Positions 22,498 to 36,483 of a DNA stretch of 64,000 nucleotides are shown here, in pieces. A model generated the notes under the pieces. It was not told the DNA's origin, did no database searches, and saw only the letters and a list, made by a program, of their open reading frames with translations. Position 1 is the stretch's first letter; every line of letters begins with the position of its first letter. The stretch is from assembly GCA_039096225.1 (NCBI GenBank), contig JBBPEB010000004.1, positions 372,001 through 436,000 of the forward strand, written 5' to 3'. This DNA comes from Blastocystis sp. Blastoise. Lineage: Eukaryota; Protista; Bigyra: Opalinata. A program made the translations under genes and the position numbers.

Positions 22498-24024
22498 ATG
22501 CAACATGATGATTTAATTTGGACTATTATCAACAATGAATTTTGTAGTTATAAATCAAAATTAAGATTAGAAAAACAGACATTCTGTAGAAACCCTTACA
22601 GTTTGACTGGTTTATGTAATAAGAGAACTTGTCCATTAGCTAATAGTCGTTATGCCACTTTACGTGAAGAGAAAGGTGAAATTTTCTTGTATATATTTTA
22701 TATATAAATATTTGAATATGTTATGAGACCTATTTTCTGTATCAATTATTATTTATTTTATTTTATCAATTATTATTTATTTTTCTTTTAAATTATTATT
22801 ATTATTTTTCATTTAGATGTATGAAGACTATTGAAAGAGCACATACACCAAGAAAGCTATGGGAAAAAGTGAAATTACCTAAAAATTATGAAGCTTCAAT
22901 TAAAGTAATTGATAAAGAATTACAATATTGGCCTTCTTTTATTATTCATAAAACTAAACAAAGACTTACTCGTATGCATGAAGTATTAAAGAGAATGAGA
23001 AAACTTAGAACTAAAGTCACGTATGTTTTTATTATTATTATTTTTTTTTATTTATTATAAATATATTATTATTTTGTTTATATATTATAGTCATTATAAA
23101 TGTATTATTATTATTATAAATAATATTATTACTATTATATATAGTCCTGAATTAGAAATTGTTCAAAAGAAGACAGAAAAGAGAGAAGCTGTCAGAGAAA
23201 AGAAGGCTGAAGTATTATATTATATTATATTATATTATATTATATTATATTATATTATATTATATTATATTATATTATATTATATTATATTATATTATAT
23301 TATATTATATTATATTATATTATATTATATTATATTATATTATATTATATTATATTATATTATATTATATTATATTATATTATATTATATTATATTATAT
23401 TATATTATATTATATTATATTATATTATATTATATTATATTATATTATATTATATTATATTATATTATATTATATTATATTATATTATATTATATTATAT
23501 TATATTATATTATATTATATTATATTATATTATATATATTTAAGACTTTAAAAAATCTTATTGAAATAGAATAAACTATATATAATATATAAAGTGCTGC
23601 TAAGTTAGAAAAAGCTATTGAAAGTGAATTATTAGAACGTCTTAAGAAAGGTGTTTATGGAGATATTTATAATTTCCCTGAAAAGAACTTTGATAATGTT
23701 ATGGATGAAAATGAAGAAGAACAAGAAGAAGAAGAAGATATATATATTTCATTTATGAATTCATTTATCTATTTATTATATTTTATTATTATTATTATAT
23801 TTTATTATTATTTATTTATTTATTATATTTATATTATCATATATATAGAAGAACCTGAGATTGAATATGTTGAAGATATGGATGATAGTGAAATGGATAT
23901 GGATGCTGAAGATATGTACGGAGACGAAGAAGATATGAATCCTAAAGGAAAGAAAGGAAAGAAATCAGGTATTGAATTGGAATATGAAGAAGAAGAATCA
24001 GATAAAGATGAATTACAAGAATAA
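22498..24024 (+). CDS. MAK16: 60S ribosome biogenesis protein MAK16
   Basis: [19 protein letters not shown]...[26 protein letters not shown]...[10 protein letters not shown]...[18 protein letters not shown], acidic tail. Confidence 0.96.
23213..23535. repeat. (TATAT)n pentanucleotide microsatellite in a MAK16 intron
   Basis: About 320 bp of perfect TATATTATAT repetition. Confidence 0.95.
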
Positions 24025-24537
24025 ATTAATAGTATTTATATATATTTATTATCTTTCTTACACTTATTCTCTTCTATTTACTATATATATACATTGTATA
24101 TAGTATATATTCATCTTCTTTAGTCTATTTTAATCTATAATATTTGTTATTTATTTCATTTCTGTTATTCGTTTTTCTTTGTTATCATGGTATATACATT
24201 TTATTTGTTGTTATTGTTCTTTGTTGTTTATTTTCCATATTTTTCAATTCTTAAATCTATTTTTTTTTTGTTTGTTTGTTTTGCTTTTTGTTATTATTAA
24301 TCCTATAAACAGATATTTCAAGAATAATAAACCATTCATATTTTTATGTTATCTATCATAGTTTTTATATATCAAATCATTTTTTTTTATAAGAGTTTAC
24401 TATAAAAATTTTTTTAAACATAAATATAAACTAATAATATTGAATACTTGTTAATAAATGCTAACTAAACATTTTTCATTTTTTTTAAAAAAAAGAATAA
24501 ATAATACAAAAAAAAACTTAAAAAATGAAAAATAAAA

Positions 24538-25136
24538 TTAATAAAAATGATTAAAAACGCACGTACTAGTTACAAGTATACTTTCTTGATTTAATAAAAC
24601 TTTAACTTCTTTAATAAATGTATATAGATCATTAGAATTGAATGATATTATTGTATAACATAATACATTTTCTTTTATTTGAATAGAATCTTTATAACGA
24701 TAATAACCTTCTGATTGTGTTACAGTGAAATTTGAGGTATAGTTTAATAATATCGAATTTACTATTTGTATAGCCTTCGAAGTATCTATAATTTGTTCTT
24801 TCCTCATCTTATCATTCAATCCAATATATATAGTATATTGAATAACTAATGGTATATAAAGTTTATATATTAGAAACAAGATTATAAATAAACATAAACA
24901 TATATAAATCCAAACATAAGAGTAATTCTTCCTTCTTTTCTTCTGTATTTTAGAGTTTAGCTCATTCTTTTCAAGATCATCTGTAGATAATTATATATAA
25001 TAATACATTAATTTAAATTATAGAAAAAATTATAAAAACAAACAAAAAAAAATATTCTTAACAGTTAATAATTACCTAATAAATATTTTGATTCCTCCTT
25101 GTCCTGGAAACTGTATATATCAGCAATGTCCTTCAT
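24538..25136 (-). CDS. DUF3574-like small protein of bacterial type; 5' exons uncertain
   Basis: Last exon (about 24538-24847) reads YTIYIGLNDK...EQII...FTVTQSEGYY...IKENVLCYTI...VKVLLNQESILV, resembling DUF3574 proteins as I recall them from Firmicutes. Confidence 0.6.
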
Positions 25137-25461
25137 AATAGGATCCTATAGAGAATAATCTGAAGATTAAACAAGGTAAAATGATAAAACAATAAATGTA
25201 TTTATGCATAAATGAATATATAGCACTACTTTGATATTCTAAATTACTTCTGATGATGATTGTAAATAGAATAAAACTGTGTATTGAAAACTATAAGGTA
25301 AATGATTTTAATTAGTAACTTGTTTCCACTGGCAGGCATATTTGACTTGTTAAAGGTTTTTAATTGGCTAATTTCCGTTCAAAATTCATTCATCCAATGA
25401 GACATGAATAAAAAAAAGACTTAGGCAAAAAATGTTAATTTTTCACAAAAATTTAAAGTTA

Positions 25462-27567
25462 CAGTCCTAATAAAATTTTTTTGGACTTGAATAAAATTCT
25501 TGTTCGAAAAAATATTTATGGTTTTTTATAATAAAATTAGTTTTAGTACGATTATATTTACGATTCAAAATAATAAAATTTAATTGAGGATAATATAATT
25601 CTTGTTTTACTTTATTTTTTAAATAAGCTCTTACAACTATTAGATTTATTTTCAATGAGTGGTTCAAACGATGACCAGCAGGGTGAAACACCTCTTTCAA
25701 CTTCAACCCTTTTTCAATATAGAGATTCCCTTAATCAAGTTGTTGATGTACCACGTAGAGGAAGAGGAAGACCACGCAAAGACGAGCAATGGCAAAACGA
25801 ACAAAGAAGGAGTTACAAAAAAACTTCCATCAGTGATGATGTCAAGAAAGAGTTCCAAAGACTCTTTACAATTCACGGATTCAAGCGAACTGCTAAGGAT
25901 TATGCTTTAATGCTACCGATTACGGAAGACTGTGCAAAAAGATTTATGAAAAAAATGGTCAACGGAGAATCACTTATCAATGAAAAAAAGAAAACAGGTC
26001 CTAAGGTCATAATCACAAGACAGATGTCAATACGTATCAAAAACATGTTTTTCATCAATCCAAAGTTTCATGTCAAGGATGTTGTTTTAGTTTTATCCAA
26101 CCCAAATCCTTCTGAAGCTGATGTTCTTAGTGACGATTCATATGATGTCACCGAAGAAAAAAGAAAAGCTATGATTGAGGAGGTTGATAGATTAAGACAA
26201 GATTCCACAATCACTCCAATATGCAGCTCTTCAACTGTTCAAAAGCATATGCATAGTACGTTAATGTGTGAGCATATTGGCAAAACTTTTTCCGTTACAC
26301 GACTCTACCCTCGAGGAAAAGCATCTAATAGTGATGAAAATAAGAAACTTAGAATTGAAGTTTTTAAAGAAGTATTCAGAATAAAACAACGTGGTACTTG
26401 TATCGTTTATTTAGATGAGGTTCATTGGGGTTTTAACAATTATGCTCAAAAAGGATGGGGATTTAAAAATCAAAAAATTTATTATCATACAGTTTCCAAA
26501 CGTTTACCAGTTACTGCTATCGCTACAATATCTTCAAATGGAAATGGATATGCAGAAATCTTTGGATGCTCTGTTAATGGAGCTATTTTTCTAGAGTTTT
26601 TTGAAAAATGTATTAAAGAATACAAAAAAACAGAAAATGATTTGTGTTTCTACATGGATAATGCTCCAATTCACATAGAACAACTCTTAGAAATTGCCGA
26701 AAGATATGGTGTTAAAGTAATTTTTGGTCCTCCGTACACTCCAGAAATGAATCCTATTGAACATATTTTCTCTATTTGGAAAAGTAGAGTCGAAAGTAGC
26801 ATTATTTCATGGATTAATCTTGAAAACTTTTATCAAAAACTTGAAGATGTGTGGAATAAATTATCCAGAAATGAAATAAGACGTTGTATTGAACATACAA
26901 ATACTATTACTTTTTCCAAAGTTATGGATAAACATGATCTTTAAAAAATTAATTAAAACATTCTTATATTTGGGTTTGTTTTTTGATTATTATTCTTTTT
27001 TATTTTGTAATAGAACATTATCTAATTAATTGTAATTTTCTATTCCACGAATATTTTTGTAAGTAAAGAATTCATAATTATGTTTTGTTTTTATTTAACT
27101 TTTCATCCTCAGCAAGTATTAAATAAAATAAATACATTAGACAATGATGGCTTAAAAGCGAGTTTAGTTTTATTATAGCCGAATTATAAAATTTAGTAAA
27201 AACTTTTTAATATTTTTTGCTGAATAGAATAGAAACCATAAATACATCTTATATCAATTCAAAATAATCTGAATCTCTTTCTTTATGTAGATCAATAAGC
27301 AATCATTATATTGACCCAATATTTTAAAGAAAATAATGCCTTTAGCCCTTGTTCGTGTATTATTTAGAATGCAGAAAAGTCATTTTTAAGTTCAAAATAT
27401 CCTTATTTAAAAAATAAAGTAAAACAAGAATTATATTATCCTCAATTAAATTTTATTATTTTGAATCGTAAATATAATCGTACTAAAACTAATTTTATTA
27501 TAAAAAACCATAAATATTTTTTCGAACAAGAATTTTATTCAAGTCCAAAAAAATTTTATTAGGACTG
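25462..27567 (+). mobile_element. Tc1/mariner (IS630-like) transposon, 2,106 bp, nested in the CACTA element
   Basis: 166-bp TIRs starting CAGTCC (25462-25627 and 27402-27567), TA on both sides, one intronless transposase ORF. Confidence 0.95.
25655..26944 (+). CDS. Tc1/IS630-type DDE transposase, 429 aa, with N-terminal AT-hook
   Basis: Catalytic motifs VYLDE, YMDNAPIH, PPYTPEMNPIE; AT-hook RGRGRPRK. Confidence 0.93.
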   Translation: MSGSNDDQQGETPLSTSTLFQYRDSLNQVVDVPRRGRGRPRKDEQWQNEQRRSYKKTSISDDVKKEFQRLFTIHGFKRTAKDYALMLPITEDCAKRFMKKMVNGESLINEKKKTGPKVIITRQMSIRIKNMFFINPKFHVKDVVLVLSNPNPSEADVLSDDSYDVTEEKRKAMIEEVDRLRQDSTITPICSSSTVQKHMHSTLMCEHIGKTFSVTRLYPRGKASNSDENKKLRIEVFKEVFRIKQRGTCIVYLDEVHWGFNNYAQKGWGFKNQKIYYHTVSKRLPVTAIATISSNGNGYAEIFGCSVNGAIFLEFFEKCIKEYKKTENDLCFYMDNAPIHIEQLLEIAERYGVKVIFGPPYTPEMNPIEHIFSIWKSRVESSIISWINLENFYQKLEDVWNKLSRNEIRRCIEHTNTITFSKVMDKHDL

Positions 27568-30500
27568 TAACTTTTGATTTAGACTCAAATACCCTATTAG
27601 ACATATTTTATCAAAGAATGGACATTATTTTTTATTTACAGCGGGTCACATAATATCAAAAACGTTTTTATTTATTTTAAAGTCGTAATTTTGTCAAAAA
27701 AGGGGGTCAATATTTTAAAATATTTTATAGTTGTATTTAAAACGAAGACCATCTAAGAGTCATAAATATGTGTAAAAGTGAATAAAAAGACCTCTATGGG
27801 TCGAAACCAAAAGTCAGCCAAAAAGTCAAAAATTTATATTTTTTTTACACTGAAAAAGAGAACCGAGCCTATTTGTTCCATGGGCAGCCAGACCAGAGTT
27901 TGGAATTTTTAAAATATTTACGGGAATAATTCTTTTGTTCAAAAGTTGGTCTATTTATATTTGTTCACTTTTATTGAGATATAGCATATAAAGAGTTCAT
28001 TTTACAAAAATTTTAAATATATTATGAGATGCGCCATAATATAAACTAATCAAAACTTTAAACAAAGGCTTTTTTTTACATTTTTCAAATACAGTCACTT
28101 TAATTTGTTTCTAAATGTTTATGACTTTAAATAAAATACATTTTCGTAACAGATATATGGTTGAAATACTTTATATACTTAATTGACAATTTTGACATAA
28201 TGAGTACTTTAAATTTTCGAGATTCCCTTTATGTTATACACCAAATAAATGCTGATTAAACTCATTTTGAATCCTTTAGAACACTTGACTCAACTCCAAG
28301 AATTAATTTTAAAATTTTTTTTTGTCGAAAATTCTTCGTTTTTAAAGCGAAGAAAAAATTTAATTCTTCGTATTTTAAAAGAGAACAAATACATAACCGT
28401 GACCATAATTTATTTCAATTTGCCCGTTATGTTCAAACCTTAGATAGATACTAGTATACATATTTTGTTATAATTTAGCATGCATTTTCTACATTATGAA
28501 CTATATAGGTATTTAGAATTTTTTTACACATAACAAGTTATTATGAGGACTTATCATTCAAATATTAGTTCTTTATCAACATAAAAAAAAGCAAAAGTAT
28601 ATAATTATGTCTTGTTTTAACATAAATGATTTTATTTCTTTAATTATTTCTTTCTTTTTATGATTCGTTTAATTCTATTATTTTTTATTTATGTTATTTT
28701 TTGTTTTTCTGAGAATAATTTTAAAATTAGAATTTAATTAAAAGAAATTTATTAATTTTATGATAAATAATATTTTAACAGAATTTATATACTATTATCT
28801 GATTAATTATGCTTATTTTCAGCATTATTATTAATAAATATTCGTTCATTTATTATTTAATTATTCTTTTTATATATTCATTTAGTTTTTATTACTATAT
28901 ATTTGAATATTTATAATTATTTATCTATTTATAATATTAATATAGATATGGATGTTTATAATTCATTATCTTATTTTACATTATGATCTCATTTAATCGA
29001 AAATAGATACTTCATTATGGTTTTCACTTTTCTATATTAGATTAAAACAGTATGAATTATTTCCTAAATACAATCAATGATCCTTATGGTTTATGAACCA
29101 TTTATAGTATATATATATGGTTATATTTCACCTTCCTCCACAAATATAGGTATATTTTATTATTATCATCTACTAAATCGAACCAATATATATAGATCAA
29201 GTTGTTTATTATAATTAGGAATCTTCTACTTATTACTAATATATGTATCTACTCTTCTCGTTATTTGTCTTCTAGGCAAACTAATACAATTTTATTACTT
29301 TTTGCCAGATTCTGGTGTGTTTTTATGAATTATACTAATTATTTTTCATTGTATAACATATATTCCTTTATTAATCCTCCTTCTAACAATATTCAATTAC
29401 TAAAATGCTCATTTATGTTTCTTATATAATACTAGAGCAATAAGAGTGAGTCTAAACAATGAAATATGCTTATATTAAATAATATATATTCTATCGCCGC
29501 TATTATATTAATTCTCTTTGATATTCTTGAGATGCATATATTAATAGTTCTGTACTTACTCTTCTGATACAACTATTAATAATTATATATTAACTAAGCA
29601 TTATAATATGATTCAGATACATTCAAATTATTCGAAATTAGATTTTTAGTCTTGTCAACTCTAATAATAAACCTAATAATGCTATATGTTCCTTTTATTA
29701 AGGTCTTGATATTCACGTTATTAAATTAATAGTTATAAAAAACAGCTATATATTTATACTTCCTACTACTCCCTAGTATCTTTTTGTATACTTTTCTCTT
29801 TCATTATATTTCAAATAATCTATTATTGCTGCTTACATAAAATAAAAATAACTCTCCACTTTCATATCATTTTCTTATTATGAACATATAACTAGTGTTA
29901 TATTCATTAATTGATTTAAAATATTAATTTAATAATACAATTAAATACCTTTAGGTATAATGTATTCATCCTAATATTTCTTCTCGTTAACTTATTTTTA
30001 ATGTGATAAAAATCTATCAATATAAATAGAAGATGATTACGTTTTTATTCATTATTCTTTTTATCAATTATGTGTTTGTTTCTTTCGATTATGTATTAAA
30101 TTGTTCTATTATCAGAGTTATTAATTCTGTTCTTGTCAGTTTATTGTTCCATAGTTACTGATCCCTACTACTTTTAATATTACATACGAGCACTGATAGT
30201 TGCTTTGTTTATATAATTATGTCTGATTTTCTTGTTATTGGATTTATTTATTAGTTCTATATAAACTCTTTAAACATGTGATTATTCTCTCTCTCGAATT
30301 GTGGCTTAATTATGTCATTTCTTGCATCTTTCTCCTGTTATATGTATTATTCTTTGGATATTACAAATGATCATTATGGTGATATTATGATTTACTTCGT
30401 TGTTTATTTCTAAATTACTCCTTATCCTATATTTTATTCTATTTTCACAATTATATTCATCATTTATACAATTATATATGATGATTTGATTTACTACTAC

Positions 30501-33233
30501 TCCTCACTTATTACTAGTTACTGTTTCACTCAACCTATATAAACTTGTATTACATTCTGATTTATTATATCTATCATTTTCTCAAGGTTTATTTATCCCA
30601 TAATGCGTATCATCATATATTTGATACTATTTTAATTGAAACAATACTATTTTATTCAGTTTCTTTCTATTATTAACAAATATACAGTTGATTTCAACAT
30701 TGATATGCTTCAAAGATTCTATATTAATTGAATTCTTCTTATTATTCAATATTACTTCGATCATAACCAAAAAGTATACTATACATATGTTTACTATCAC
30801 TAAAGCTATTATACTTACTTCATATATTATACAACACATATTGATTACTAGTCCATCTTTTCTTATAACTCTTTTGTTCAAACAAAAATCCCCTTATTGA
30901 TTATCATTAACAATTTCAATATCACTAATTGTAACATTTGAGATTATTGTGACTATAATAAGAATTATAACTATTGCATTGAAAGCAGGTTGTTTTCATT
31001 TACAATTTATTATTAAAGGCATGAGTCTAATTTTGCATGATATTACCGTTTTTATTTCTTGTAATTTCGGTACTCATATTACTGATGAAATTAATTCTGA
31101 TCATTTATTTGTTTATTATATTCAATTTCAACATATATATTATTCACATCACTTCATTTATTCATTTTATATTAACTAATGATAGTTTTTATTTTATTTC
31201 TGTTGTTTATTTGTTTTAATTCTTATATCATACTCTTAAGCATGAACATTATTCCTTTATCCTAGGTTTTTAATATATTTGATCCTATTTGTATATGCTT
31301 ATCACTGTGTCGAGAGTGTTCATCAATGATGTTTCTACTTCACCTACTATTTGTATTATTGGTCTCCGTTATATATATATATATATTTAATATGATCACA
31401 ACATTTATGATATTCCTTCTATTCTACCTACTATTTATATTCTTAAAACATCTACATGGCACAAATTTGGCATTTATATTTACTATTTGGTATTTGTTTT
31501 TACTTTCCCCACTAGTTTCTAGTATTAGTACTCATATAACTAATAGTACTACAATTCTTCTTTAATTGTATGGTACCAACTAATATTAAACTACATATCA
31601 ATCAATTAATATCTTGATTTATATGATAATCTTTCTCATCATCATACATTCAATGAATTATGTTATTCATATTTATTCAATATAAATATATTTACAACAT
31701 CTATAATGATAATCAATTCTACTGTGCTTATGCTTCTAAAAGCCTTTAATTTTTCCTACTTTTATTCTCATTGGTTACTTTTAATAATAGTCACTTATAT
31801 TATTATATATAATTTAATAGAATTAATTATCTAGTAATACTATTATTCCACAAATTTCTGAGTTCCACTATTCATTCATTCTACTACTTTTAATATGCCA
31901 ATAACTATTTCTTTTTACAATAATTCAATATCAAATACTCATATTACGAATATTGTTCCATTTAATTCTTAAAATCTTAATTGATTTAAATGATACTTAT
32001 ATATATTAAACATCTGGTATTATTTCTATAATCTTATTGCTATTTCTATACTTCTTATTATTCAGTAAATATTAGTGATTTTATTATAAGAATTCATATT
32101 ATTTGATCAGCATTTAGTATTTATATATCCATTTAATTAATACTATTAATCTTGAATATATTAATACTATTAATATGAAGTCATGCTACTTTCATGTATA
32201 CTATCCCCAATATTGCAATATTTAATATATAACTACTAATCATATACTAAATTAGAATAATATCTTTCTTCAGATATTTATATTTTCTTATGATTATTAT
32301 GGTTGCATTTGGTTTTTCTTTAATACTACATAATATTTGAATATATATATGTACCTATTTATTCATGCTAAAAAATACAAAATATATTGTTTGTTGAATA
32401 CTATTCTTTCGTATCAATTTTTTAAGGCATTATTACTCCCTTTTAGCTACTATTAATACTAATTCTGTGTTACTACAATCAATACTTTCTTAACTTATTA
32501 TTGAATCAAAATATTATTCCATCATTAACTCTATTTGCAACTAATTCAATCCTTTTACTAATATAATCTATTCTAATTTATCTTCTATTCAAATGTTTAT
32601 AATCAAGTGTTACTGAATATCGATTATTCTTACTTGAAATTATTTTATAATTAATAATAACAAAATATTAATTCTAATCATAACGTTTATATTATATATT
32701 AAAGAAGTATAGGTAGAATAATGTCTTTTATATATCAAATTATCATGATAAATAAACATATAGCCACTTCTTATGAAAATACTCTAATATTCTCTTTTAT
32801 ACTGAAGACGTTTTGACCTCTACTATTTATTATATATTCTAATTAATTCAAGAAAAGAGATAATAAATATTTTAGTTTTGCATATGAAAAAGCTTACAAT
32901 ATGCTTCAACTAGTTATACTATATAGAGTATTATTTGTCCCTTTATTAATACATAATATATATGGAGTCATATTTAGAATTGAAATGATTATACAAATTG
33001 TGTATATTCTCCTGTCTAAAAACAAAACAAATCGTTACTAATGTGAATAATTAGAATACTAGATAGGTACTTACATATATATGAGGGAGATAAGAATTAT
33101 ATAAGAGAGATATATAGTTTTAATAAATCATTATAGATATATATAATACTTTATTATATGATGATCATTGTAATAAGCAGATTATTAAATATAGCTTTCG
33201 TAACGTGCCATGAATACTGTATTGGTAGTCACA

Positions 33234-36200
33234 CTATTTCCTTGAACGGTATGATTTTCTTTCTTCCTTTGTTTTCCTTGATTCTATATATATATAATGT
33301 AAAAGTATAAAGTGATTAAATACCAATTCTGTCTCAAAAGATTCATTTACTATATTATGTTTATCTTCGTGAATATCAGCAATAATTATATTTTCGGGTA
33401 CAATATCCACTATAGATAAGAAACTTGATGAAAATTTATTTTCTCTGGACATTATTCTATTTGAATCTTTTATAATGTAATACAAATTAGTCATTGATTC
33501 ATGTGCCAAAGGATATTCGTGTTTTCTTATTAATATTAAATTACCAATTTGGAGATAGTACAATGCCTTTATCAAATGAATCTCTGATTTTCCATTTATG
33601 TCGTTAGTAATATACATAATATATGAATTATCACGTTGTTCTACTCCTTCATCTTCTGATGATGATGAGAATATTTTATATCTATTTATTATGATTTCAG
33701 AATAGAAATATGTTTCAATGTTTCTAAAGTTATTCACTAGACTGTGAAATACATCTTCATTATTAGTTTCTTCTAATACAGCTTCTATATTATTTATATT
33801 TATATTTTTGAATAATAATCTATTAATAATATGATTATTTGAATGTATTAATATCTTTAAAACATCTTTTATTTCCAATTCTGAGAGTTCCATCCTATCC
33901 ATAGCTCTTATACCTTTTATCATATGTATACTCCCTTTATTTATGTTTATCTCTTTAAAACCTTGAATATTATCTTCTTGATAATTTATATAATTATAAT
34001 CACTAATATTATCATTCTCAGCTGATCTATCTTCAATTGAGACTTGAGAATCATTAATATGATCTGGAATAGAAACAGTATTACTACTAATACTAATCAC
34101 CTCTTTTTCTATTATGGATACTATACACGAATTATTAAAATGTTGTCTCCCAAATGTAGATCGTTTTAAAAATGAATAATAGCGTTCAGATTCATATGTT
34201 GATCCATATTGTAATGATCCTACATTTTGAATAGTTAGATGAAGGTGTTGAATAAGATGAATTTGGGAATTAATGAGTTCTCTAGGTAATAAGAGTTCAC
34301 ATAGAAAACAAAATAAGAAACATTGATCTTTGAGAACTTGCAATAGATGATTTTCAGTATTACCATTATAACGCTGTATTTGACGAACAACAGTTGCAAA
34401 AGGACTTATTAGTAAAACAATTGGAGAATCCTTAACAGTAAATCCATATGTTATAAGAGGAAGAATATAGGAAATAAAGAAGATACGTGTATGAGAAGAC
34501 ATATGATTAAACTTCTTTTCATCTAGAATGTAACGAAATTCATATTCATTCTTATTATATAACGTATTTATTCCTTGAATTCTTGTTTGAAGTATTAGAA
34601 TGTTTTCTTTACTAAGATAAAGTTTCTTCAGTGTGTTCTCTGGATTTATTTTCTTATTCTTAGATAATATAGATATGTATGTATTACTATTATAATGAAA
34701 TAATAAACTTAATAATAAAGTTGCTATATTGTTAAATAGATGCATTATGTCTATACTATAGAAAGTTGCTGCATCAAAATAAAACAAAGATTCAAAAACT
34801 CCAGGTACTTGCTTAACTCCTTTAACAGATTTATCCTTAACACATTCATTTCTATTCTGAATAATAGATTCTTTAGTTCTTATAGGATAATCATTATTAT
34901 TAATAGCATCCTTATATAAATATTTACTAGATATATTATTTAATACTATCTGACTGGAGATATTACACTGATCTATTTGTGACGATATTGATGATGTTGC
35001 TGAATAAGTATTAATTCGGCTGAAAGATGGATATGAGACTGTTATGATATTACCTGTTTCTGTATCAAGTGATATATATTGCTTTATCTTGTTATATGAA
35101 CACTTTATACCACTATGAAATGTTTCATTCTTCCTATCCCATTGTAGTTCGCAATTACGACATGGAAATAATGAAGATGATCCTGTAAAACTAGCTACTT
35201 GAGTTATTGCCGCGCAGTCACCATATATATTCAAAAGTATAGCAACAACTCGTTTTGATTCTATATGTCCATTTGTATATACATCCATAATGATACCAGA
35301 AGATAGTAGTTTAAACTCTTTAGCGATAATATCCAAAACAACATTAGAATAGGATTCATTTGTAATACAGTATGGCCAATAAGAACGAGTATCAATTTTC
35401 CTATTAGTATTGTAGTTGAGAAGTTTTAGAAGTATTGGAAAAGAAGAAGCATTATCATTAGAAACTGGGTTACTAAAAGGAGATATACCATCACAAGTTA
35501 GACTAAATACCAGAAATATATCTCCATTATTAATCACAGATTCAATACATCTTCTATAGTTACCTCCTGACATATATAATGGAATATTTTCAGAATTCTG
35601 TTGTCCTAAAGATAAAACAGAAAATATTTCGTTTTTATCATAGAATGATATATCCTGTATTAAATCTTTGGAAGATAATAGATAACGAATTCTTGGTATG
35701 AGAGGTACTATTGATATTTTTGTACCTATATTATAAACATATAATAATGGCTGAAATTTATTTAAGATAATAAAGTACATAATATACCTATTGTATTATC
35801 ACATTCTTCTCTATGACAAGTTACTCTTATTGGTCTTAACAAATTTCTTCCTGTATTATATCCCAAAAAGGAATTACATGTTTTACAGATATATATATTC
35901 TTATATATTGGCATTTCACTATGTGTGTTACAATACTTTCTTACTACATCCTGACCATTTCGAGGTATTGGAATACTTGGTTGTTGAGGAACTAGAATAT
36001 GAATTGCCTCGTTTATTAATTCATATAGAATTCTTATTTTTGATTTACTAACATTGAGTTGGCACCAATATTTAAATATTATATCTTCTATTCTTGATTC
36101 CCTTGTATCATTCATAGTACATTTTTGTTGCTAGTAGAAAAAATATATTAATTATTACAGATAACAGTAATGATAAACAAATACAGAATTAAATATATTC

Positions 36201-36417
36201 TTCAACAGTGGTCCAGCAGGTGAATCAATGAATAATGGGTCACAAAAAAAATCTGAAGGCTGTTCGTACATATTTTCATCATTTATTATCCATGTGTTTA
36301 CTGAATCTATGAATGCATCACTGTCATCAATCCCTAGTATAATTAAAGCAGTCATTCTATTATCATACTCTTTTTTTTAGATTCAAAACCATGAAAGCCA
36401 TATGTCCTTGTTCTCAT
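33234..36417 (-). CDS. CACTA-type (TnpD-like) transposase, about 1010 aa, three introns
   Basis: Removing GT-AG introns 36334-36368, 36131-36184 and 35726-35787 gives an open 3033-nt CDS. Cys motif CKTC...CHREEC, then LTCDGISPF, IYGDCAA, FPCRNC, DIMH, HLIQHL, YESERYYSFLK. Confidence 0.88.
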
Positions 36418-36483
36418 TATAGCTTGAACAAATAGAAAAAAAAGTGATTGGATTTTAATTATTATTTTAATTATCTTACTTGA

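Noticed and set aside
25467-25910. Small ORFs overlapping the Tc1 left TIR and transposase
   Set aside because: Antisense or alternative-frame ORFs with no motif support.
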